Source: Neoechinorhynchus agilis (lineage: Eukaryota; Animalia; Acanthocephala). Taken from it: a stretch of 17,509 nucleotides of DNA. The DNA is taken from positions 1-17,509 of the forward strand of contig JBMGUZ010000058.1 of the NCBI GenBank assembly GCA_051530055.1, given 5' to 3'. Shown here piece by piece: positions 1 to 12,025 of this stretch. Every line of letters begins with the position of its first letter. The first letter of the stretch is position 1. The notes beneath the pieces are model-generated. The model saw nothing but the letters and a program-made list of their open reading frames with translations, had not been told where the DNA came from and did not search any database. A program made the position numbers and the translations under genes.

Positions 1-89
1 AGAAATTTCGATGACGTCATCAAAAATCTCGATGACGTCATCAAAAATCTCGATAACGTCATCAAAAATCTCGATGACGTCATCAAAAA

Positions 90-3000
90 TCTCGATTACG
101 TCATAAAAAATTTCGATGACGTCATTGAAAATTTCGATGACGTATTAAAAATTCTCGATGACGTAATAAAAAATCTCGATGACGTCATCAAAAATCTCGA
201 TGACATGATCAGAAATTTCGATGACGTCATCAAAAATCTCGATGACGTCATCAAAAATCTCGATGACGTCAACCAAAATCTCGATGACGTCATCAAAAAT
301 TTCGATGACGTCATCCAAAATCTCGATGACCTCATACAAAAATCTCGATGACGTCACACAAAATCTCGATCACCTCATATAAAATCTCGATGACGTCATC
401 AAAAATCTCGATTACGTCATCAAAAATTGCGATGACGTCATCAAAATTCTCGATTACGTCATTAAAAAATCTCGATGACGTCATTAGAAATTTCGATGAG
501 GTTATCAAAAATCTCGATGACGTCATCAAAAATATCGATAACGTCATGAAAAATTTTGATGACGTCATCAAAAATCTCGATGACGTCATCAAAAATCCCG
601 ATGACGTCATCAAAAATTTTGGATGACGTCATAAAAAATTTCGACAACGTCATCAAAAATTTGGATGACGTCATCAAAAATCTCGATGACGTCATCAAAA
701 ATTTTGATGACGTCTACAAAATTTTCGATGACGTCATCAAAAATCTCGATGACGTCACACAAAATCTCGATGAAGTCAGCAAAAATTTCGATGACGTCAT
801 ATAAAATCTCGACGACGTCATCAAAAATCTCGATGACGTCACACAAAATCTCGATGACCTCATCAAAAATCTCGATGACGTCATCAAAAATTGAGATGAC
901 GTCATCAAAAATCTCGATGACGTTATCAAAAATCTCGATGACGTCATCAAAAATATCGATGACGTCACTAAAAATCTCGATGAAGTCAGCAAAAATTTCG
1001 ATGACCTCATTAAAAATTTCGATGACGTCATCAAAAATCTCGATGACGTCATCAAAAAATGCGATGACGTCATAAAAAATTTCGATGACGTCATTGAAAA
1101 TTTCGATGACGTATTAAAAATTCTCGATGACGTCATAAAAAATTTCGATGACGTCATCAAAAATCTCGATGACGTCATCAAAAATCTCGATGACGTCATC
1201 CAAAATCTCGATGACATGATCAGAAATTTCGATGACGTCATCAAAAATCTCGATGACGTCATCAAAAATCTCGATAACGTCATCAAAAATCTCGATGACG
1301 TTATCAAAAATCTCGATGACGTCATCAAAAATCTCGATGACGTCATAAAAAAATTCGATGGCGTCATCAAAAATTTCGATGACGTAATCAAAAATTTTGA
1401 TGACGTCAACAAAAATTTGGATGACGTCATCAAAAATCTCGATGACGTCACCAAAAATCTCGATGACGTAATCAAAAATTTGGATGACGTAATCAAAAAT
1501 TTCGATGACGTTGTCAGAAATCTCGATGACGTCATCAAAAATCTCGATGTCGTCATCAAAAATCTCGATTACGTCATCAAAAATTTCGATGACGTCATCA
1601 AAAATTTCTATGACGTCATAAAAAATCTCGATGACGTCATCCAAAATCTCGATGACGTCATCAAAAATCTCGATGTTGTAATCAAAAATCTCGATGACGT
1701 CATCCAAAATCTCGATGACGTCATCGAAAATTTCTATGACGTCATCAAAAATTTCGATGACGTCATCAAAAATCTCGATGACGTCATCAAAAATCTCGAT
1801 GACATGATATGAAATTTCGATGACGTCATCAAAAATTTCGATGACGTCATCAAAAATCTCGATGACATGATATGAAATTTCGATGACGTCATCAAAAATC
1901 TCGATGACGTCATCAAAAATCTCGATAACGTCATCAAAAATCTCGATGGCGTCATCAAAAATCTCGATAACGTCATCAAAAATTTCGATGACGTCATATA
2001 AAATCTCGACGACGTCATCAAAAACCTCGATGACGTCACACAAAATCTCGATGACCTCATCAAAAATCTCGATGACGTCATCAAAAATTGCGAGGACGTC
2101 ATCAAAAATCTCGATGACGTTATCAAAAAACTCGATGACGTCATCAAAAATATCGATGACGTCACTAAAAATCTCGATGAAGTCAGCAAAAATTTCGATG
2201 ACCTCATTAAAAATCTCGATGACGTCATCAAAAATTGCGATGACGTCATAAAAAATTTCGATGACGTCATTGAAAATTTCGATGACGTATTAAAAATTCT
2301 CGATGACGTAATAAAAAATCTCGATGACGTCATCAAAAATCTCGATGACGTCATCAAAAATTTCGATGACGTCATCAAAAATCTCGATGACGTCATCAAA
2401 AAACCTCGATGTTATGATCAGAAATTTCGATGACGTCATCAAAAATCTCGATGACGTCATCAAAAATCTCGATGACGTCATCAAAAATCTCGATAACGTC
2501 ATCAAAAATCTCGATGACGTCATAAAAATCTCGATAACGTCATCAAAAATCTCGATGACGTCAACCAAAATCTCGATGACGTCATCAAAAATTTCGATGA
2601 CGTCATCCAAAATCTCGATGACCTCATAAAAAATCACGATGACGTCACACAAAATCTCGATGACCCCATCAAAAATATCGATGACGTCATCAAAAATCTC
2701 GATTACGTCATCAAAAATTTCGATGACGTCATCAAAAATTGCGATGACGTCATCAAAATTCTCGATTACGTCATTAAAAATCTCGATGACGTCATTAAAA
2801 ATTTCGATGAGGTTATCAAAAATCTCGATGACGTCATCAAAAATATCGATAACGTCATGAAAAATTTTGATGACGTCATCAAAAATCTCGATGACGTCAC
2901 ACAAAATCTCGATGACCTCATAAAAAATCTCGATGACGTCATCAAAAATTGCGATGACGTCATCAAAAATCTCGATGACGTTATCAAAAATCTCGATGAC

Positions 3001-4480
3001 GTCATCAAAAATATCGATGACGTCACTAAAAATCTCGATGAAGTCATAAAAAATTTCGATGACGTATTAAAAATTCTCGATGACGTGATAAAAAATCTCG
3101 ATGACGTCATCAAAAATCTCGATGACGTCATCAAAAATTTCGATGACGTCATCAAAAATCTCGATGACGTCATCCAAAATCTCGATGACATGATCAGAAA
3201 TTTCGATGACGTCATCCAAAATCTCGATGACATGATCAGAAATTTCGATGACGTCATCAAAAATCTCGATTACGTCATAAAAAATTTCGATGACGTCATT
3301 GAAAATTTCGATGACGTATTAAAAATTCTCGATGACGTAATAAAAAATCTCGATGACGTCATCAAAAATCTCGATGACGTCATCAAAAAATTTCGATGAC
3401 GTCATCAAAAATCTCGATGACATGATCAGAAATTTCGATGACGTCATCAAAAATCTCGATGACGTCATCAAAAATCTCGATGACGTCAACCAAAATCTCG
3501 ATGACGTCATCAAAAATTTCGATGACGTCATCCAAAATCTCGATGACCTCATACAAAAATCTCGATGACGTCACACAAAATCTCGATCACCTCATCAAAA
3601 ATCTCGATGACGTCATCAAAAATCTCGATTACGTCATCAAAAATTGCGATGACGTCATCAAAATTCTCGATTACGTCATTAAAAATCTCGATGACGTCAT
3701 TAGAAATTTCAATGAGGTTATCAAAAATCTCGATCACGTCATCAAAAATATCGATAACGTCATGAAAAATTTTGATGACGTCATCAAAAAACTCGATGAC
3801 GTCATCAAACATTTCGATGACGTCATAAAAAATCCCGATGACGTCATCAAAAATTTTGGATGACGTCATAAAAAATTTCGACAACGTCATCAAAAATCTG
3901 GATGACGTCATCAAAAATCTCGATGACGTCATCAAAAATTTTGATGACGTCTACAAAATTTTCGATGACGTCATCAAAAATCTCGATGACGTCACACAAA
4001 ATCTCGATGAAGTCAGCAAAAATTTCGATGACGTCATATAAAATCTCGACGACGTCATCAAAAATCTCGATGACGTCACACAAAATCTCGATGACCTCAT
4101 CAAAAATCTCGATGACGTCATCAAAAATTGCGATGACGTCATAAAAAATCTCGATGACGTTATCAAAAATCTCGATGACGTCATCAAAAATTGCGATGAC
4201 GTCATAAAAAATTTCGATGACGTCATTGAAAATTTCGATGACGTATTAAAAATTCTCGATGACGTCATATAAAATCTCGATGACGTCATCAAAAATCTCG
4301 ATGACGTCATCAAAAATTTCGATGACGTCATCAAAAATCTCGATGACGTCATCCAAAATCTCGATGACATGATCAGAAATTTCGATGACGTCATCAAAAA
4401 TCTCGATGACGTCATCAAAAATCTCGATAACGTCATCAAAAATCTCGATGGCGTCATCAAAAATCTCGATGACGTCATGA
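90..4480. repeat. Higher-order duplication within satellite A: about 90-1330 recurs at about 3260-4480 (offset about 3.2 kb, exactly 3237 bp in the core)
   Basis: Diagnostic variants are shared (AAAAATCCCG, TTTTGGATG at 621/3858, GTCTACAAAATTTTC, ATAAAATCTCGACGAC at 801/4038). ORFs 610..846 and 3847..4083 have identical translations. Confidence 0.85.
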
Positions 4481-5399
4481 AAAATCTCGATAACGTCATC
4501 AAAAATCTCGATGACGTCATCAAAAATCTCGATGACGTCATCAAAAATCTCGATGACGTCAACCGAAATCTCGATGACGTCATCAAAAATTTCGATGACG
4601 TCATCCAAAATCTCGATGAACTCATCAAAAATTTCGATGACGTCACACAAAATCTCGATGACCTCATCAAAAATCTCGATGACGTCCTCAAAAATCTCGA
4701 TGACGTCACCAAAAATTTCTATGACGTCATCAAAAATCTCGATGACGTCATCAAAAATTTCGATGACGTCGTCCAAAATCTCGATGACATGATCAGAAAT
4801 TTCGATGACGTCATCAAAAATCTCGATGACGTCATCAAAAATCTCGACAACGTCATCAAAAATCTCGATGACGTCATCAAAAATCTCGATGACGTCATAT
4901 AAAATCTCGACGACGTCATCAAAAATCTCGATGACGTCACACAAAATCTCGATGACCTCATGAAAAATCTCGATGACGTCATCAAAAATTGCGATGACGT
5001 TATAAAAAATCTCGATGACGTTATCAAAAATCTCGATGACGTCTTCAAAAATCTCGATGACGTCATCAAAAATCTCGATAACGTCATCAAAAATCTCGAT
5101 GACGTCATCAAAAATCTCGATAACGTCATCAAAAATTTCGATGACGTCATCAAAAATCTCGATGACGTCAACCAAAATCTCGATGACGTCATAAAAAATT
5201 TCGATGACGTCATCAAAAATCTCGACGACGTCACACAAAATCTCGATGACCTCATCAAAAATCTCGATGACGTCATAAAAATCTCGATGACGTCATCAAA
5301 AAATGCGATGACGTCATCAAAATTCTCGATTACGTCATCAAAAATCTCGATGACGTCATTAAAAATTTCGATGACGTTATCAAAAATCTCGATGACGCC

Positions 5400-8300
5400 A
5401 TCAAAAATATCGATAACGTCATGAAAAATTTTGATGGCGTCATCAAAAATCTTGATGACGTCATCAAACATTTCGATGACGTCATCAAAAATCTCGATGA
5501 CGTCATCAAAAATTTTGGATGACGCCATATAAAATTTCGACAACGTCATCAAAAATCTCGATGACGTAATAAAATTCTCGATGACGTCATCAAAAAATCT
5601 CGATGACGTCATCAAAAATCTCGATGACGTCATCAAAAATTTCGACGACGTCATCAAAAATCTCGATGACGTAATAAAAAATCTCGATGACGTCATGAAA
5701 AATAACGATGACGTCATCAAAAATCTCGACGACGTCATCAAAAATTTCGAAGACGTCATCAAAAATCTCGATGACGTAATAAAAAATCTCGATGACGCCA
5801 TGAAAAATAACGATGACGTCATCCAAAATCTCGATGACGTCATAAAAAATCTCGACTACGTCATCACAAATTTCGATGACGTCATCAAAAATTTCGATGA
5901 CATCATCAAAAATCTCGATGGCGTCACCAAAAATTTCGATGACGTCATAAAAAAATCTCGATTACGTCATCAAAAATCTTGATGACGTCATAAAAAATCT
6001 CGATGTCGTAATCAAAAATCTCGATGACGTCATCCAAAATCTCGATGACGTCATCAAAAATTTGGATGACGTCATCAAAAATCTCGATGACGTCACCAAA
6101 AATTTCTATGACGTCATCAAAAATCTCGATGACGTCATCAAAAATTTCGATGACGTCATCAAAAATCTCGATGAAGTCACTAAAAATCTCGATGAAGTCA
6201 TCAAAAATTTCGATGACCTCATTAAAAATCTCGATGACGTCATCAAAAATCTCGATGACGTCATCAAAAGTTTCGATGACGTCACCAAAATTCTCGATGA
6301 CGTCATTGAAAATTTCGATGACGTATTAAAAATTCTCGATGACGTCATCAAAAATCTCGATGACGTCATAAAAAATTTCGATGACGTCATCAAAAATCTC
6401 GATGACGTCATCCAAAATCTCGATGACATGATCAGAAATTTCGATGACGTCATCAAAAATCTCGATGACGTCATCAAAAATCTCGATGACGTCATCAAAA
6501 ATCTCGATGACGTCATCAAAAATCTCGATGACGTCATCAAAAATCTCGATGACGTCAACCAAAATCTCGATGACGTCATCAAAAATTTCGATGACGTCAT
6601 CAAAAATCTCGATGACGTCATCAAAAATCTCGATGACGTCACAAAAATCTCGATGACGTCATCAAAAATCTCGATGACGTCATCAAAAATCTCGATGACG
6701 TCATCAAAAATCTCGATGACGTCATCAAAAATCTCGATGACGTCATCAAAAATTTCGATGACGTCATCAAAAATCTCGATGACGTCATCAAAAATCTCGA
6801 TGACGTCATCAAAAATTTCGATGACGTCATCAAAAATCTCGATGACGTCATCAAAAATTTCGATGACGTCATCAAAATCTCGATGACGTCATCAAAATTC
6901 GATGACGTATAAAAATTTCGATGACGTCATCAAAAATCTCGATGACGTCATCAAAAATTTCGATGACGTCATCAAAAATCTCGATGACGTCATCAAAAAT
7001 CTCGATGACGTCATCAAAAATATCGATAACGTCATGAAAAATTTTGATGACGTTATCAAAAATCTCGATGACGTCATCAGACATTTCCATGACGTCATCA
7101 AAAATCTCGATGACGTCATCAAAAATTTTGGATGACGTCATATAAAATTTCGACAACGTCATCAAAAATTTGGATCATGTCATCAAAAATCTCGATGACG
7201 TCATCTAAAATCTCGATGACGTCATCAAAAATCTCGACGACGTCATCAAAAATCTCGATGACGTCAGCCAAAATCTCGATGACGTCATCAAAAATTTCGA
7301 TAACGTCATCAAAAATCTCGATGACGTCACACAAAATCTCGATGACCTCATTTAAAATCTCGATGACGTCATCAAAAATTGCGGTGACGTCCTCAAAAAT
7401 CTCGATGACGTCATCAAAACTCTCGATGACGTTATCAAAAATCTCGATGACGTCATCAAAAATCTCGATGACGTCACCAAAAATTTCGATGACGTCATCC
7501 AAAATCTCCATGACGTCATCAAAAATTTCGATGACGTCACCAAAAATTTCTATGACATCATCAAAAATCTCGATGACGTCATCAAAAATTTCGATGACGT
7601 CATCAAAAATCTCGATGACGTCATCAAAAATTTCGATGACGTCATCAAAAATTTCGATGACGTCATCCAAAATCTCGATGACATGATCAGAAATTTCGAT
7701 GACGTCATCAAAAATCTCGATGACGTCATCAAAAATCTCGATAACGTCATCAAAAATCTCGATGACGTCATCAAAAATTTCGATGACGTCATCAAAAATC
7801 TCGACGACGTCATCAAAAATCTCGATGACGTCACACAAAATCTCGATGACCTCATCAAAAATCTCGATGACGTCATAAAAAATCTCGATGACGTCATCAA
7901 AAATTGCGATGACGTCATCAAAATTCTCGATTACGTCATCAAAAATCTCGACGACGTCATAAAAAATTTCGATGACGTTATCAAAAATCTCGATGACGTC
8001 ATCAAAAATATCGATAACGTCTCATCAAAAATATCGATAACGTCATGAAAAATTTTGATGGCGTCATCAAAAATCTTGATGACGTCATCAAACATTTCGA
8101 TGACGTCATCAAAAATCTCGATGACTTCATCAAAAATTTTGGATGACGTCATATAAAATTTCGACAACGTCATCAAAAATCTCGATGACGTCATCTAAAA
8201 TTTCGATAACGTCATCAAAAATCTCGATGACGTAATAAAATTCTCGATGACGTAATCAAAAAATCTCGATGACGTCATCAAAAATCTCGATGACGTCATG

Positions 8301-9900
8301 AAAAATAACGATGACGTCATCAAAAATATCGGTAACGTCTCATCAAAAATATCGATAACGTCATGAAAAATTTTGATGGCGTCATCAAAAATCTCGACGA
8401 CGTCATCAAAAATTTCGATGACGTCATCAAAAATCTCGAATACATCATCAAAAATTTCGAATACGTCATCCAAAATCTCGATGACTTCATCAAAAATTTC
8501 GATGACGTCATCCAAAATCTCGATGACGTCATCAAAAATTTCGATGACGTCATCAAAAATCTCGACTACGTCATCAGAAATCTCGATGACGTCATCAAAA
8601 ATTTCGATGACATCATCAAAAATCTCGATGGCGTCACTAAAAATTTCGATGACGTCATAAAAAAAATCTCGATTACGTCATCAAAAATCTTGATGACGTC
8701 ATAAAAAAAATCTCGATGTCGTAATCAAAAATCTCGATGACGTCATCCAAAATCTCGATGACGTCATCAAAAATTTAGATGACGTCATCAAAAATTTCGA
8801 TGACGTCATCAAAAATTACGATGACCTCATTAAAAATCTCGATGACGTCATCAAAAATCTCGATGACGTCATCAAAAGTTTCGATGACGTCACCAAAATT
8901 CTCGATGACGTCATTGAAAATTTCGATGACGTATTAAAAATTCTCGATGACGTCATAAAAAATCTCGATGACGTCATCAAAAATCTCGATGACGTCATCA
9001 AAAATTTCGATGACGTCATCCAAAATCTCGATGACATGATCAGAAATTTCGATGACGTCATCAAAAATCTCGATAACGTCATCAAAAATCTCGATGACGT
9101 CATCAAAAATCTCGATGACGTCATCAAAAATCTGGATAACGTCATCAAAAATCTCGATGACGTCAACCAAAATCTCGATGACGTCATCAAAAATTTCGAT
9201 GACGTCATCAAAAATCTCGATGACGTCACACAAAATCTCGATGACCTCATCAAAAATATCGATGACGTCATCAAAAATCTCGATGACGTCATAAAAAATT
9301 GCGATGACGTTATCAAAATTCTCGATTACGTCATCAAAAATCTCGATGACGTCATTAAAAATTTCGATGACGTTATCAAAAATCTCGATGACGTCATCAA
9401 AAATATCGATAACGTCATGAAAAATTTTTATGACGTCATCAAAAATCTCGATGACGTCATCAAACATTTCCATGACGTCATCAAAAATCTCGATGACGTA
9501 ATCAAAAATTTTGGATGACGTCATATAAAATTTCGACAACGTCATGAAAAATTTGGATGACGTCATCAAAAATCTCGATGACGTCATCTAAAATCTCGAT
9601 GACGTCATCAAAAATCTCGATGACGTCATCAAAAATCTCGATTACGTCAACCAAAATCTCGATGACGTCATCAAAAATTTCGATAACGTCATCAAAAATC
9701 TCGATGACGTCACACAAAATCTCGATGACCTCATTTAAAATCTCGATGACGTCATCAAAAATTGCGGTGACGTCCTCAAAAATCTCGATGACGTCGTCAA
9801 AACTCTCGATGACGTTATCAAAAATCTCGATGACGTCATCAAAAATCTCGATGAGGTCATAAAAAATTTCGATGGCGTCATCAAAAATTTCGATGACGTC
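5400..9900. repeat. Higher-order duplication within satellite A: about 5400-7500 is related to about 8030-9900 (offset about 2.4-2.6 kb)
   Basis: Shared landmarks: TTTTGG at 5517/8141 and 7130/9513, AAAATAACG at about 5700/8300, AAAAGTTTCG at about 6268/8876, and CATTGAAAA at 6304/8912. Confidence 0.7.
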
Positions 9901-11790
9901 ATCCAAAATCTCGATGACGTCATCAAAAAATCTCGATTACGTCATCAAAAATCTCCATGACGTCATCAAAAATTTCGATGACGCCATCAAAAATCTCGAC
10001 TACGTCATCAGAAATCTCGATTACGTCATCAAAAATTTCGATCACGTCATCAAAAATCTCGATGGCGTCATCAAAAATCTCGATGTTGTCATCAAAAATC
10101 TCGATGACGTCATCAAAAATTTGGATGACGTCATAAAAATTTCGATTACGTCAAAAAAAATCTCGATGGCTTCATCAAAAATTGCGATGACGTCATCAAA
10201 ACTTTCGATGACGTCATCAAAAATCTCGATGACGTCATCAAAAATCTCGGTGACGTCATCAAAAATCTCGATGACGTCACCAAAAATTGCGATGACGTCA
10301 TCAAAAATTTCGATGACGTCATTGAAAATTTCGATGACGTCATAAAAATCTCGATGACGTCATCAAAAATCTCGATGACGTCATCAAAAATTTCGATGAC
10401 GTAATCAAAAATTTCGATGACGTCATCAAAAATCTCGATGACGTCATCAGAAATTTCGACGACGTCATCAAAAATTTCTTTTACGTCATAAAAATCTCGA
10501 TGACGTCATCAAAAATCTCGATGACGTCATCAAAAATTTCGATGACGTCATCAGAAATTTCGACGACGTCATAAAAAATTTCGATGACGTCATCAAAAAT
10601 ATCGATAACGTCATGAAAAATTTTTATGACGTCATCAAAAATCTCGATGACGTCATCAAACATTTCCATGACGTCATCAAAAATCTCGATGACGTAATCA
10701 AAAATTTTGGATGACGTCATATAAAATTTCGACAACGTCATGAAAAATTTGGATGACGTCATCAAAAATCTCGATGACGTCATCTAAAATCTCGATGACG
10801 TCATCAAAAATCTCGATGACGTCATCAAAAATCTCGATTACGTCAACCAAAATCTCGATGACGTCATCAAAAATTTCGATAACGTCATCAAAAATCTCGA
10901 TGACGTCACACAAAATCTCGATGACCTCATTTAAAATCTCGATGACGTCATCAAAAATTGCGGTGACGTCCTCAAAAATCTCGATGACGTCGTCAAAACT
11001 CTCGATGACGTTATCAAAAATCTCGATGACGTCATCAAAAATCTCGATGAGGTCATAAAAAATTTCGATGGCGTCATCAAAAATTTCGATGACGTCATCC
11101 AAAATCTCGATGACGTCATCAAAAAATCTCGATTACGTCATCAAAAATCTCCATGACGTCATCAAAAATTTCGATGACGCCATCAAAAATCTCGACTACG
11201 TCATCAGAAATCTCGATTACGTCATCAAAAATTTCGATCACGTCATCAAAAATCTCGATGGCGTCATCAAAAATCTCGATGTTGTCATCAAAAATCTCGA
11301 TGACGTCATCAAAAATTTGGATGACGTCATAAAAATTTCGATTACGTCAAAAAAAATCTCGATGGCTTCATCAAAAATTGCGATGACGTCATCAAAACTT
11401 TCGATGACGTCATCAAAAATCTCGATGACGTCATCAAAAATCTCGGTGACGTCATCAAAAATTTCGATGACGTCATTGAAAATTTCGATGACGTCATAAA
11501 AATCTCGATGACGTCATCAAAAATCTCGATGACGTCATCAAAAATTTCGATGACGTCATCAAAAATTTCGATGACGTCATCAAAAATCTCGATGACGTCA
11601 TCAAAAATTTCGATGACGTCATAAAATCTCGATGACGTCATCAAAAATTTCGATGACGTCATCAAAAATTTCTTTTACGTCATAAAAATCTCGATGACGT
11701 CATCAAAAATCTCGATGACGTCATCAAAAATTTCGATGACGTCATCAGAAATTTCGACGACGTCATAAAAAATTTCGATGACGTCATCCA
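9400..11790. repeat. Recent tandem duplication of about 1.2 kb within satellite A (about 9400-10585 and about 10595-11790; offset 1196 bp, about 57 monomers)
   Basis: Rare variants are shared at a constant offset: AAAAATTTTGG at 9513/10709, an A8 run at about 10153/11349, and TTTCTTTTACG at 10475/11669. ORFs 9502..9906 and 10698..11102 have identical translations. Confidence 0.9.
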
Positions 11791-12010
11791 AAATTTCGAT
11801 GACGTAATCAAAAATCTCGATGACGTCATCAAAAATTTCGATGACGTCATCAAAAATCTCGATGACGTCATCAAAAATCTCGATGTTGTCATCAGAAATC
11901 TCGATGTTGTCATCAAAAATCTCGATGACGTCATCAAAAATCTCGAATACGTCATCAAAAATCTCGATGACGTCATCAAAAATTTCGATGACGTCATAAA
12001 AAATCTCGAT

Positions 12011-12025
12011 GACGTCTCGTACACT
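12011..12025. other. Direct junction between satellite A and satellite B with a 2-bp overlap (TC, 12015-12016)
   Basis: The sequence reads ...AAATCTCGATGACG[TC]TCGTACACTCTCC... with no intervening unique DNA. Confidence 0.9.

Larger units (their letters stand above)
1..12016. repeat. Satellite A: tandem array of a 21-bp monomer, consensus GATGACGTCATCAAAAATCTC (common variant ...AAAAATTTC), about 570 copies, truncated at the window start
   Basis: The 21-bp periodicity is directly visible throughout. It is mirrored by 7-aa repeats in every ORF frame (DDVIKNL, MTSSKIS, DDVIEIF, MTSSRFL). Occasional 20/22-bp units arise mostly from length changes in the A or T run. Confidence 0.98.
8..12016. 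promoter_or_regulatory. Array of perfect CRE/ATF-type bZIP sites (ATGACGTCAT) embedded in satellite A; motif presence is certain, function is unproven
   Basis: GATGACGTCATC is a perfect 12-bp palindrome containing the canonical TGACGTCA and is intact in most monomers. Nothing in the window shows that it is bound. Confidence 0.35.

Noticed and set aside
1114-9587. 7-aa repeat ORFs resembling coiled-coil heptads (DDVIKNL on +, DDVIEIF on -), some variants being synonymous
   Set aside because: Both frames contain in-frame stops that were copied through the duplications (+ strand TAA ending at 804, 4041, 4902; - strand stop after ENF at 145, 1114, 2290, 3319, 4246, 6326, 8934), along with shared frameshifting 20/22-bp units. 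The heptad follows automatically from the 21-bp period. Ribo-seq or peptide evidence would be needed to revive the idea.
1-12016. CRISPR array (palindromic repeat at regular spacing)
   Set aside because: The 9-bp intervals are near-identical rather than unique 25-45-bp spacers, and there is no leader or cas gene.
1-12016. Baculovirus/nudivirus hr-like origin or plasmid iteron array
   Set aside because: CRE-rich palindromic repeats are reminiscent, but such elements are usually far shorter than 12 kb and sit between genes. No viral or rep gene is present. This cannot be fully excluded without flanking sequence.
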